DNA from: Desulfobacterales bacterium
GTDB lineage: Bacteria; Desulfobacterota; Desulfobacteria; Desulfobacterales; UBA2174
NCBI GenBank assembly: GCA_963668645.2
Contig: CAXXWC010000021.1
Span: 1,376,001 to 1,440,000 of the forward strand
Direction: 5' to 3'
DNA length: 64,000 bases
The notes under the pieces: model-generated
Told to the model about the DNA's origin: nothing
The model's input: only the letters and a program-made list of their open reading frames with translations
The model's database searches: none
Part shown: in pieces, positions 7,758-16,548 of the stretch
Position numbering within the stretch: the stretch's first letter is position 1
Layout: every line of letters begins with the position of its first letter
Made by a program: the position numbers and the translations under genes

Positions 7758-9313
7758 GAGGCCTCCGCAATTTCAATCCCGTATTTTTGAAGCAAGCTGC
7801 CCTTGACGGCATCAAGCGCAATCACCGCTTTTTCGAAGTTCACCAGGCTTTCCAGGTAGGCTTCACGCGCCCGGTTCAATTCTTCGTCACGATCCAAAAC
7901 CAGGCGACTGTTGCTGCGCCCGGCCGCCATGCGCTCCATCTCCACCACGAGCAGTTGCTCGTTCAAGCGGACGACCTGGGCATATTTTTCGGCCTGATCG
8001 ATGGCGCTGCGTACGTTGCGGATCGATGTGTCTGCCGCATTGGCCAGCGCCGTCTCGGTCGCCTTCAATTCCAGCAAGGTCTGTTCTTTACGGCGCTTGG
8101 CAGCCGCCACCTCGCTTTTTGTCTTTTCTCCACCCATGATCGGAATCCTGAATTCCAGGCCGACGGTGTAACTCGGGTACTGGTTGTCCTTGGCCATGCT
8201 CCAGGAACCGGACGGACTGTCGTTGTCCAGGCCGTTGATCCCATAGCTGGCTTTGAGGTCGAGTTGGGGCCAGCGCTGATTTTCAGCGTAAGCCAAACGG
8301 ATGCCTTCCCGCTCGATTTTGTGCAGGACCGACAAAAATTCTGGCCGTGCCCGTCGCGATTCCTCGTAGGCGCGTGTAAAGTCGGTCTCCACTTCTCTCA
8401 GCGCCAATTTGTCGGTCGCCACCACCCTGCCGTTTATCTCCATGGCCGGCATTGAAAAGAGGGTCTTGGCCGCGTTGACTGCCATCATCAATTCCTGGCG
8501 CGCCGCCACTTCCAGCGACTTTCGCAGTACGAGGCCCGCTTCGGCCTCGACGACCTCGGTTTCGGCCATCTTGCCTGTCCGCACGCGCTCTCGATTGTCA
8601 TCCAGGATCGCCTGCGCGATGCGCACCGATTCGGCGCGCACGCCGACTTTTTCCTGGGCCAGGCAAAGGTTCCAGTAGGCGGAAGCAGCCTCGGAAACCA
8701 CCTGCAGCAACTCACGGCGGTAGCCCTGGAAAGCCATGGCGGCATCGGCTTCGGCTACCCGGATATTGGCCCGGGTGACATCAATCCCGGCATTCTTAAG
8801 CAAAGGTTGAACCAGACTGCCGCCGAAGAAGGTCTGGTACTGGGCGTCGGTGGAGGCGGCATCGAGCAGGCTGCTTCGCAGTTCCTTTAAAGTATACCCA
8901 AGTCGCACCTGGGCACCTGTGGGAAGTAGCCCCTCCACCGCCGATGTGTATTCGTTGTTGCGCTTGGTATAAGTATCGTTTTCGCTGTCGAGAAATCCGA
9001 GGCTTGAATAATCTTCGACCGTCTTGGGGATGTGGCTGTAATCGTGAATGTAGGACGCCACGAACTGGGGTTCGAAAATCGCCTTGGCGTTGGTCACGGC
9101 GTCCTGGCTGATGTTCCATTCAAGTTGCTGAAAACGGATCCGCTCGTTTCGCTCGTGAACTTTGGCGATGAACGCATCGAGACTCAAACGCAAATCGGTC
9201 GCCTCAGTCTCCATCGGTTTGATGGAAGCCTCATCTGCAGCGAATCCCAGAGTCGGCCAGCAAATCAAGATCCACACCGCCACAATACTCCGAAAAACAC
9301 TTGAATATTGCAT
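7754..9313 (-). CDS. TolC-family outer membrane channel
   Basis: Signal peptide and two OEP-like repeats (QPLLKNAG...SAYWNL; PQLDLKASYG...VGLEFRIP...AGRS); stop overlaps the next ATG. Confidence 0.9.
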   Translation of the reverse strand: MQYSSVFRSIVAVWILICWPTLGFAADEASIKPMETEATDLRLSLDAFIAKVHERNERIRFQQLEWNISQDAVTNAKAIFEPQFVASYIHDYSHIPKTVEDYSSLGFLDSENDTYTKRNNEYTSAVEGLLPTGAQVRLGYTLKELRSSLLDAASTDAQYQTFFGGSLVQPLLKNAGIDVTRANIRVAEADAAMAFQGYRRELLQVVSEAASAYWNLCLAQEKVGVRAESVRIAQAILDDNRERVRTGKMAETEVVEAEAGLVLRKSLEVAARQELMMAVNAAKTLFSMPAMEINGRVVATDKLALREVETDFTRAYEESRRARPEFLSVLHKIEREGIRLAYAENQRWPQLDLKASYGINGLDNDSPSGSWSMAKDNQYPSYTVGLEFRIPIMGGEKTKSEVAAAKRRKEQTLLELKATETALANAADTSIRNVRSAIDQAEKYAQVVRLNEQLLVVEMERMAAGRSNSRLVLDRDEELNRAREAYLESLVNFEKAVIALDAVKGSLLQKYGIEIAEAS

Positions 9314-9500
9314 ATTTAGCCCATCCCCCCTTTATTTTCTGCCGGTCCTGTGCCCATAAAAAAGTTCTGAAACCGGCATGGCGACTTACAAATTCAAATC
9401 CTGTTATCGTGAAGAGTACTTAAAATATCACACTTGCACTGATCGGTAAAGAATTCGCTATCCCACCACTCAGGCCCGCTGAAGATAAGACGCCTGGCCC

Positions 9501-9528
9501 TTGACAGCCATAGAGGCCGCCTTAGAGT
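9501..9528 (+). promoter_or_regulatory. Putative sigma70 promoter
   Basis: TTGACA-16 bp-TAGAGT upstream of ORF 9655. Confidence 0.45.
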
Positions 9529-9654
9529 AAGACTCAGGACATACGGAGACCGGAAGGCCCGTAACATCCGACATTCAATCCGACATAACCGATTAGATTT
9601 CCGCTCGACCGCCTCGAAGCCGGTCGAAGCCGGAAGGAGAGATAGGGGGGTGCC

Positions 9655-10011
9655 ATGAATCGTATCCATATCGTTCTGATAGCTGTTGTCGTTTTTGGGG
9701 CCGCACTGGTCGGCACGGTAACGGCGGGCGTGGTGGATCCGCGCGACGTGGCATTTGTCAGCGCCGTTGGCGGACCTGAAACCTCGGTGGGTGGCGATCC
9801 CACACCTTGGGCTTCGGCGGGGGTCGTTTCTCAGAGCGACAGTGATTTTCTTTCCCGTAACGCAAGCACCGTCATCGCATCGAACACGAGGCGAGTTGTG
9901 CCTTCCGTGGGTGTGGTGGACGGAGCTGACTACCGCCTCATTGCCGGAGACGGAAAACCGGGGGCCGCCTGTGATATTGCTCTCGTGGCAGCGATAGATC
10001 CCGGTTGCTAA
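9655..10011 (+). CDS. Small secreted hypothetical protein with three internal repeats
   Basis: G-rich RBS, signal peptide, 3x [ST][AV]GVV[DS]xxDxx[FL], followed by a terminator. Confidence 0.65.
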   Translation: MNRIHIVLIAVVVFGAALVGTVTAGVVDPRDVAFVSAVGGPETSVGGDPTPWASAGVVSQSDSDFLSRNASTVIASNTRRVVPSVGVVDGADYRLIAGDGKPGAACDIALVAAIDPGC

Positions 10012-10017
10012 ATTGAT

Positions 10018-10047
10018 CGGGCGGCCTCCCGGCCGCCCGGTCTTTTT
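10018..10047 (+). terminator. Intrinsic terminator
   Basis: CGGGCGGCC-tccc-GGCCGCCCG stem followed by a T-tract, between convergent genes. Confidence 0.75.
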
Positions 10048-10048
10048 G

Positions 10049-10438
10049 TCATGATTCATCGAGAAAGATCGTCTCTCGGAGCAACGCCTCGAAACGGGCA
10101 TCTGCCAGCGGGATCCAGGGGCTGCAAGGATAGAAGTGGAAGGCGCCGCGCACTCCGGGGGTGAAAAGTTTGCCGGCACGAAGTGTCGGCGCCACCAATC
10201 GGTAACGATGGCCGGCCGCCAAATCGAGGATCAGGTCCACTTTGTCGTCATGATCCATCAAATCCATGAGCAAAGCGTTGATCAACTGCCCCGAGCCCTT
10301 GAGCTGGCGCTGGCCGACACCATCCAGATAGACCTCCACCACCGTCTTGCCCACCCGCACCCCATGACCGGAAGGGGTCCACAAAAAAGCCTGTTCAACG
10401 GTATATTCGCCTTCCTCGTAGGGAATCCATTGTTCCAT
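10049..10438 (-). CDS. Hypothetical protein (129 aa)
   Basis: GGAG RBS, protein-like composition, stop adjacent to the terminator. Confidence 0.65.
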   Translation of the reverse strand: MEQWIPYEEGEYTVEQAFLWTPSGHGVRVGKTVVEVYLDGVGQRQLKGSGQLINALLMDLMDHDDKVDLILDLAAGHRYRLVAPTLRAGKLFTPGVRGAFHFYPCSPWIPLADARFEALLRETIFLDES

Positions 10439-10557
10439 GGTCCGTCTTCTCCATTGATCTGAAAATCAGCCGCGTTTAAAGGCATTCTCAGCAGCCTGGA
10501 AATGCATCTTTTTGCCCATTGCGCGCCTGAACCGAAACCCATTTTCTCCAGTTAGAT

Positions 10558-10586
10558 TTGCCAATGACTCAATGGATGGCTATAGT
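10558..10586 (+). promoter_or_regulatory. Putative sigma70 promoter
   Basis: TTGCCA-17 bp-TATAGT. Confidence 0.5.
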
Positions 10587-10673
10587 GCCGCCTATGCGAT
10601 AGACACGCCATTATACATCGGCCCGCAAGGCTGTACAAGGCCGCGCTGACGCTTCCACGCAGAGGACAAACCG

Positions 10674-10871
10674 ATGCAAGATAATGAAACCATGGATGAA
10701 ACCAGGATGTTCAACCTGATCAAGGCCGTAGCCGAGCAGAAAGGATGCCGCCTGGTGGATGTGGACTTTGAAAACCACACCATCAACATCGAGGGGCCGG
10801 AGGCGGCCCAGATGGATTGCGCCATGGCTCTGGAACGGCTGATGAACCCGGAAAATCAAAACATCAAGTAG
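10674..10871 (+). CDS. Small hypothetical protein (65 aa)
   Basis: AGAGG RBS, alpha/beta-like sequence, first gene of a plus-strand unit. Confidence 0.65.
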   Translation: MQDNETMDETRMFNLIKAVAEQKGCRLVDVDFENHTINIEGPEAAQMDCAMALERLMNPENQNIK

Positions 10872-10882
10872 AGACCGGAAAG

Positions 10883-11623
10883 ATGGGGATCGTCCGAGGA
10901 CTGCGCTATAACTTGAGAGGACTGCGCCTGGCCCTGGGCAATGGCCGGCTTTTGACCCTGGGTCTGGTACGCCTGGCGGCCGTACTCGTCGCCACAGTGG
11001 TCGGCGCGGGCCTGGCCCTGACCTATCACGGGCCGCTGCTGGCTTCAATCTGGCCGCGCCCGGAAAGTATTTGGATCGTGTGGCTCTGGTTTCTGGCCTC
11101 CTGGATCCTGGCCCTGCTGCTCATCGCGGCGGCCGCCTTGGTCGGATACCTCGCAGCCCAGGTCCTCTTTGCCGTTTTTGTCATGGACATGATGAGCCGC
11201 TATACCGAGCGGATCGTCACAGGAAAAGAAGTCCCCCCACCCCAAATGTCCCTTTTGCGCTGGTTCATGTATCTGGTGGCCCAGGAGGTGCCGCGCGCCG
11301 TGGTCCCCCTGCTTTTGAGTCTGATCCTGCTGGTCTTGGGCTGGCTCATCACCCCTTTGGGGCCGTTTTTGGCGATCCTCTCGGCGGCGGTAGCGGCGGT
11401 ATGCATGGCCTGGGACTGTACCGACCTGGTCCCGGCCCGCCGCCTGGAACCCTTTGCGGCCCGCTTCGCACGTCTCAGGGCAAGCCTCGGCCTGCACCTC
11501 GGCTTCGGGCTCTGGTTTCTCGTGCCAGGACTCAACCTGATCTTCCTGGCCTACGCTCCGGTGGGCGGCACCCTTATGGCTTTGGAGGCCATTGCCGGAA
11601 AAACCGGAGAAGGCACCGTCTAG
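10883..11623 (+). CDS. EI24/CysZ-like membrane protein
   Basis: Multi-TM pattern, MDMMSRYTERIVTG, C-terminal LVPGLNLIFLAYAPVGGT. Confidence 0.7.
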   Translation: MGIVRGLRYNLRGLRLALGNGRLLTLGLVRLAAVLVATVVGAGLALTYHGPLLASIWPRPESIWIVWLWFLASWILALLLIAAAALVGYLAAQVLFAVFVMDMMSRYTERIVTGKEVPPPQMSLLRWFMYLVAQEVPRAVVPLLLSLILLVLGWLITPLGPFLAILSAAVAAVCMAWDCTDLVPARRLEPFAARFARLRASLGLHLGFGLWFLVPGLNLIFLAYAPVGGTLMALEAIAGKTGEGTV

Positions 11624-11719
11624 CCCCGAAATCCCATCCCCCCTTTGCCGAGGCACTCACGGATACATGAAGAACCTCAGATGCAAAATAGGATACTTCC
11701 ACAACACAAGGAGTCTAAA

Positions 11720-12235
11720 TTGATTCTTTCTTTCCAAGGCAAAACCCCGGTGATCGGTAAAAACGTCTTTATCGCGCCCACGGCGGTGGTCATCGGCGAC
11801 GTGCAGATCGGCGACGATTCAAGCATCTGGTACGGCACGGTCCTGCGCGGAGATATGGCCCCGATCCGTATCGGCTGCCAGACCAACATTCAGGACAACA
11901 GCGTGGTGCATACCGATCACGGCCATCCGGCGACGATCGGCGACCGGGTCAGCGTGGGCCATCGCGCAGTGGTGCATGGCTGCACGCTGGAAGACGAGGC
12001 CTTGATCGGCATCGGCGCCATCGTGCTCAACGGCGCCCGGGTGGGTACGGGAGCGGTCGTGGCGGCCGGCGCGGTGGTACGCCAGGGCCAGCAAATTTCC
12101 CCGGGCGTGATGGCGGCCGGAATCCCGGCAGGGGTCAAAAGAGAAATCGCACCCGACGATGCCGAACGCTTCCGGCGTCCATACCGCAACTACGTTAACT
12201 TGGCCCAGGAACACCGAGCCTTGGAATTGAACTGA
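11720..12235 (+). CDS. Gamma-class carbonic anhydrase family (hexapeptide repeat) protein
   Basis: TTG start after AAGGAG; IAPTAVVIGDV, TNIQDNSVVH, VGHRAVVHGC. Confidence 0.9.
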   Translation: MILSFQGKTPVIGKNVFIAPTAVVIGDVQIGDDSSIWYGTVLRGDMAPIRIGCQTNIQDNSVVHTDHGHPATIGDRVSVGHRAVVHGCTLEDEALIGIGAIVLNGARVGTGAVVAAGAVVRQGQQISPGVMAAGIPAGVKREIAPDDAERFRRPYRNYVNLAQEHRALELN

Positions 12236-12339
12236 AGCGCCTTGCCTATTGAAATTCGAAGGTCCATTCGGTCGGTGCGCCCGTTTCCGGCTGCATGCCT
12301 GCAAAAAGCCGCATCCACCGCGGCCCGGATGAGGACAGC

Positions 12340-13077
12340 TTACGGCCCGGATTGCCCGATGAGATGGCGGATGACCTCGGCGGCCGCCGTCATCCCGAAA
12401 ATTGCAGGCATGTAAGAAATGCTTCCCAGCGGTTGGCGCTGGCGTCCGCGGGCGGCAGGCTCGACCGGTACGGAGGATGCCTCCTGTTGCGCGCGGGGCG
12501 CCTCGGTGGAAAAAACGCAGCGGATTCCGTCATAGATCCCCCTGCGGTGAAGCCGGCGGCGCATGATGCGTGCCAGGGGGCAGACCTCGGTGCGGGACAG
12601 ATCGGCCACTCTAATAAAGGCCGGATCGAGGCGGCAGGCTGCTCCCATGCTCGATACGGTAAAGATGCCCTGGCGCCGGGCTGCGGCCAGAAGTTCGACC
12701 TTTGAATTGACCCCGTCGATGGCATCGATAACCGCATCCGGCATCGGATCGAGCAGACCGCCAACGGTCTCGGCATCCACGAACGCGCTTCTCAGATCGA
12801 CCCGGCAGTCTGAATGGATCTGCTGGACCCGCTGCAGAGCCGCCTCGGTCTTTAATTGCCCCAAGGTCGATTCAAGGGCCAGGATCTGACGATTGAGGTT
12901 GGTGGACTGAACCGTGTCGAAGTCCACCAGGCACAGGTGGCCAACCCCGGCCCGGGCCAGTGCCTCGACGGCAAAGCCACCCACGGCGCCCAAACCGAAA
13001 ACAGCCACCCGGGCTGTCTTCAAGCGTCCCGCAGTCTCGATTCCCACCAGTTGTTCGAGCCTGGCAAAGCGATTCAC
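12340..13077 (-). CDS. tcdA: tRNA threonylcarbamoyladenosine dehydratase (ThiF family)
   Basis: GLGAVGG, DFDTVQSTNLNRQ, SSMGAA, CPLAR, VFSTE, GSISYMPAIFG; GTG start after GAGGA. Confidence 0.88.
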   Translation of the reverse strand: MNRFARLEQLVGIETAGRLKTARVAVFGLGAVGGFAVEALARAGVGHLCLVDFDTVQSTNLNRQILALESTLGQLKTEAALQRVQQIHSDCRVDLRSAFVDAETVGGLLDPMPDAVIDAIDGVNSKVELLAAARRQGIFTVSSMGAACRLDPAFIRVADLSRTEVCPLARIMRRRLHRRGIYDGIRCVFSTEAPRAQQEASSVPVEPAARGRQRQPLGSISYMPAIFGMTAAAEVIRHLIGQSGP

Positions 13078-13189
13078 GGCCGGTTTCCTCGACAAAGGAA
13101 CTTAAACGGTTCAAAACGGCCTCAGGATCGGTTCTGCCGGCACCGGCAAACGGCCCCTTATCCGCAACATCCAACAGGAAACACCTCTA

Positions 13190-13987
13190 TTACGGCTCCT
13201 CCAGTACGCCGAAAAGACACCGGGCATTGTCGCCGGTCAGTTCGGCCGCGGCCGCCAGCCCAATCCCCCGGGCCAGGGCCACAGCCCGCAGTACCTCGAT
13301 GATGCAAGCCGGCTCGTTGTGAGGTCCTTTACAACCGGTGGGCAGGATATCCGGGCTGTCGGTTTCGATCAGCAGACGTCCGGCCGTCACCGTCCGGCAA
13401 GCTTCCATGGGCCGGCGGGCGTTGGGCCGGGTGATGCCGCCGGCAAAAGAGATCATCAACCCGCGCCGCTCCAGGACCGGCACCAGATCCGGAGAACCGC
13501 CGAAGGCGTGCATCAAACCGCCGGCCTCCAGCCCGCCCTCCCGTTCCAGGGTTTCCAGCAAGGGGCGCCAGGCCCGCCGGCAATGGATCGAGGCCGGCCG
13601 GCCGAGGCGGTTGGCCAGGCGCACCTGAAAGCGGAAAGTCTCGACTTGCAGCGGACGGGTCTCGGCCGGCAGGTGATGGTCCAGGCCGATCTCGCCGATC
13701 CCGCAGCGATGTTGCGTTGCCAGGTCCTCGAGCCGTTCGCGCCAGTCGCAGGTTCGCTTTTCCAGATACCACGGGTGCAAACCGATAGACGGGACCACCA
13801 TCTCGTGGTGCCGGGCCAGGTCCAAAACCGTCTGCCAGTCGCCCGGGTGGATCCCGCAGCACATAATCCGCCGCACCCCGGCGGCCCGGGCCCGATCGAG
13901 CACCCGTTCCAGACCCGGCCCCAGCCGATCATCCTGCAAGTGCGCATGAACGTCGTAAAGGCCACTGGCATGTGTATCGGATATCAT
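13190..13987 (-). CDS. TatD-family nuclease/hydrolase
   Basis: DVHAHL, GLHPW, GEIGLD, IHCR, HAFGG, LIETDSP. Confidence 0.92.
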   Translation of the reverse strand: MISDTHASGLYDVHAHLQDDRLGPGLERVLDRARAAGVRRIMCCGIHPGDWQTVLDLARHHEMVVPSIGLHPWYLEKRTCDWRERLEDLATQHRCGIGEIGLDHHLPAETRPLQVETFRFQVRLANRLGRPASIHCRRAWRPLLETLEREGGLEAGGLMHAFGGSPDLVPVLERRGLMISFAGGITRPNARRPMEACRTVTAGRLLIETDSPDILPTGCKGPHNEPACIIEVLRAVALARGIGLAAAAELTGDNARCLFGVLEEP

Positions 13988-14056
13988 GGCATCCCTTTGA
14001 TCAATTTATACGCACCGAGCAAACCGATCCATACTTAAGGGGGCCTCCCCCCGGGT

Positions 14057-14767
14057 TCAGATCATGATCCCCTGCTCGGCCAGCTCCCGGTTGATCCTTT
14101 CGGCCCATCCCCGGTTGGCCACCGGATTGGCCGGGCTCGGATGGGTGATCCGCCCCACCCGGATCTCGGTGCCGGACAAGGCGGCACGCGCCCGGTCGGC
14201 GGCAAAACGCCCCACCCCGATGACATGCCGCGGTGCCAGCAAAACCGCCAACCGGACCAGGGCTCGGTCGCAGGCCGATTCCAGGGTGCGGCGTTCGGCG
14301 ACCGGCAGTTGATTGGGGGTACGGTTGCGGCCCGAAGCCTCCATAAAAACCAGAGGGCAGTAGTTGGCCACGAAGAAACGGGCGAAAAAATGCTCCGGCG
14401 TGGCGAAGGTCTTTTGGGCCCATCCCCAAAGCCGCCGGCCCGAAACCTCGCTGCGGCGGCAGGCCAGCCCCTCGATGGGACGCTTGGGATGAACCCGTAC
14501 CGGGGCCTGGACCGGGGTCTGCAACCCGAGCCAGCCGGTCACCGCAGCCACCTCGCCAAAGGGCACTCCGGTCTGAATCATGCCCCACGGCCCGGGGTTC
14601 ATGCCGAGCAGAACCAGTTCCCGCGGCCCGGCGCCATAACGTTCGGCGTAAGCCAGGTAGGCCTCCCGGGCATAGTCCAGTGGATTGTAGATCCAGGCCA
14701 CCGGGGCGGCAAAGGAAAGATCGGCAAGATCGCGGTTGAGCCGCTCGACGATTTCCCGATGGGTCAT
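14057..14767 (-). CDS. SMUG1-like (family 3) uracil-DNA glycosylase
   Basis: YNPLDYA, GMNPGPWGMIQTGVPFG, SEVSGRRLW, NYCPLVF, HPSP. Confidence 0.92.
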   Translation of the reverse strand: MTHREIVERLNRDLADLSFAAPVAWIYNPLDYAREAYLAYAERYGAGPRELVLLGMNPGPWGMIQTGVPFGEVAAVTGWLGLQTPVQAPVRVHPKRPIEGLACRRSEVSGRRLWGWAQKTFATPEHFFARFFVANYCPLVFMEASGRNRTPNQLPVAERRTLESACDRALVRLAVLLAPRHVIGVGRFAADRARAALSGTEIRVGRITHPSPANPVANRGWAERINRELAEQGIMI

Positions 14768-15288
14768 GGCACCTCGATTTGCATAGCCGCGGCAACGCTG
14801 ATCCGCTCAGGGGCCCCGGGCAGGTACCGGCGCACAAAAAGCCGGTTGACAGCGGCCAGAAGGGTGTTGAGCCGGTCCAGATCGATCGCCGCCCCGGCCG
14901 GAATGGGGGCGTCGGAAAAATCGTTGCGTCCGCAAGCGCCGAGCTGGAGGTCTTGGCCTCCCCGGATCAGCAGGGGCAGCCCCTGGGTGCGGCAAATCAC
15001 CGGACGCGCCGGATACAGGGCGCAGCGCCCGTCCCGGTCGAGCAGCGGGCAGTCCCCGTTTGGATCCGCGGCAGCGGCCCGGCGGCGCAGGGCGGTGGAT
15101 TGTTCGGGGGGCAATGCCTTGAGGGCCAGGGCCAGGCTGACGGCCTCTACTGGGAAAACCGAAATATGGCGGCAACAGTCGTTGCAGCCCGGTGCACATT
15201 GAAGCCTGTTGCCGAGCCGTTCGCGGCTGCGCTGCCACTGGGCGTCGACCTTGGCGGTCAGTTCGCGGTAGGATTTGAGGCCGTCCAT
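14764..15288 (-). CDS. YkgJ-family cysteine-cluster protein
   Basis: CAPGCNDCC...CPLLD...CALYPARPVICRTQG; stop overlaps the SMUG1 ATG. Confidence 0.85.
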   Translation of the reverse strand: MDGLKSYRELTAKVDAQWQRSRERLGNRLQCAPGCNDCCRHISVFPVEAVSLALALKALPPEQSTALRRRAAAADPNGDCPLLDRDGRCALYPARPVICRTQGLPLLIRGGQDLQLGACGRNDFSDAPIPAGAAIDLDRLNTLLAAVNRLFVRRYLPGAPERISVAAAMQIEVP

Positions 15289-15301
15289 GCCGGAGCCTTT
15301 T

Positions 15302-15496
15302 TTAACCCTCGCTATCCCGGGAAGGGAGCCTCGACGGGCATTGCAGGCACTTGATCTTCTGCTGGGGATGAACGCACCCGCCTTCCCCGTGATGCGTATC
15401 GGTATCCGGATGCCGGTGTTGGCGCAGGGCCAATGCCGCAGCCATGAGGCCAAAGACACTCATCGCCGCCGCCAGGACCACCCAGAATGCATTCAT
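15302..15496 (-). CDS. Small single-TM protein with His/Cys-rich tail (64 aa)
   Basis: AAGGAGG RBS; MNAFWVVLAAAMSVFGLMAAALAL then HRHPDTDTHHGEGGCVH...CLQC. Confidence 0.6.
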   Translation of the reverse strand: MNAFWVVLAAAMSVFGLMAAALALRQHRHPDTDTHHGEGGCVHPQQKIKCLQCPSRLPSRDSEG

Positions 15497-15680
15497 CGCC
15501 GCCTCCTTGCCATCGTTCGGTTTCCGCAGCGCCTCCATCGCAACCGGTTGTCGATTGACGCCGCAAACCGGGACGCCTATCCTAACACCGATCCGGCCGG
15601 AGTCAAAGATACCCGGGCGATTTGTCGTACCGTTTAAGCGGCCCGAAACGGCATTCCCGAAAGGTCACAGGTCATCAGAC

Positions 15681-16463
15681 ATGAACCGCAAATCCTTCAC
15701 GCTCCTTTACCGGGACCCTTACCTGGCGGCCTTCCACAAGCCGGCCGGCCTCCTGATGCATCCGAGCCGCATTGAATGCCACGCGCGGCACTTTGCCGTG
15801 CAATGGGCCAAGGAGATGCTCAACGCCCCGGTTTTCCCAGCCCATCGGCTGGATCGCGCCACCTCCGGGGTCCTGCTCTTTGCCTTGAGCACCGGGGTGG
15901 CCCGTTGTCTGGCCGCGTCTTTCCAGGGCCGTTCGGTGGCCAAAACCTACCTGGCCGTAGTGCGCGGCTACGCCCCGCCTGCAGGCCGCATCGACCACCC
16001 CCTTAAAGAGGCCCTGTGCAGGATCGCCGACGCCGACGTGGATCCCAACAAGGCGGCCCAGGCGGCGGTGACCGATTTCCAGTGCCTGGCCACGGTGGAA
16101 ATCCCCGAGCCGGTGGACAAGTATCCCACCTCCCGCTACAGTCTGGTGGCGGTCTGGCCCCGCACCGGCCGGCGCCACCAAATCCGCCGCCACTTGCGCC
16201 GCCTGGGCCATCCCATCGTCGGCGACACCAATTACGGCCAGGGGGTTCACAACCGTTTTTTTCGCCGCCGCTACGGCTCTAATCGGATGCTTCTGGCCGC
16301 CGTGGCCATCGCCTTGGATCATCCGATCAGCGGCCGGCGCCTATCGATCACGGCGCCATTGGAGGGTGAATATCAAAGTCTGATCGAACGGCTCGGGTGG
16401 GCCGACAGGGTGGCCGAATGGTATCGCGGGATGGCCGCGGATCATGCGTCTGCCATGGGATAA
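15681..16463 (+). CDS. truC: RluA-family pseudouridine synthase, TruC-like
   Basis: HKPAGLLMH, HRLDRATSG, TGRRHQIRRH, HPIVGDTNYG, HNRFF. Confidence 0.8.
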   Translation: MNRKSFTLLYRDPYLAAFHKPAGLLMHPSRIECHARHFAVQWAKEMLNAPVFPAHRLDRATSGVLLFALSTGVARCLAASFQGRSVAKTYLAVVRGYAPPAGRIDHPLKEALCRIADADVDPNKAAQAAVTDFQCLATVEIPEPVDKYPTSRYSLVAVWPRTGRRHQIRRHLRRLGHPIVGDTNYGQGVHNRFFRRRYGSNRMLLAAVAIALDHPISGRRLSITAPLEGEYQSLIERLGWADRVAEWYRGMAADHASAMG

Positions 16464-16548
16464 GGGCCCTGCCGGAATTCCGGTCCAAAGATTCGTACCG
16501 CTGCGGCACGGACCCAAAAATGATGCCAAATAAAAAAGGAATCGGAAA

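Noticed and set aside
9340..9356. GG-N10-GC sigma54-like site (GGGCACAGGACCGGCA) upstream of tolC
   Set aside because: Poor -12 element, and the predicted start would fall inside the Shine-Dalgarno sequence
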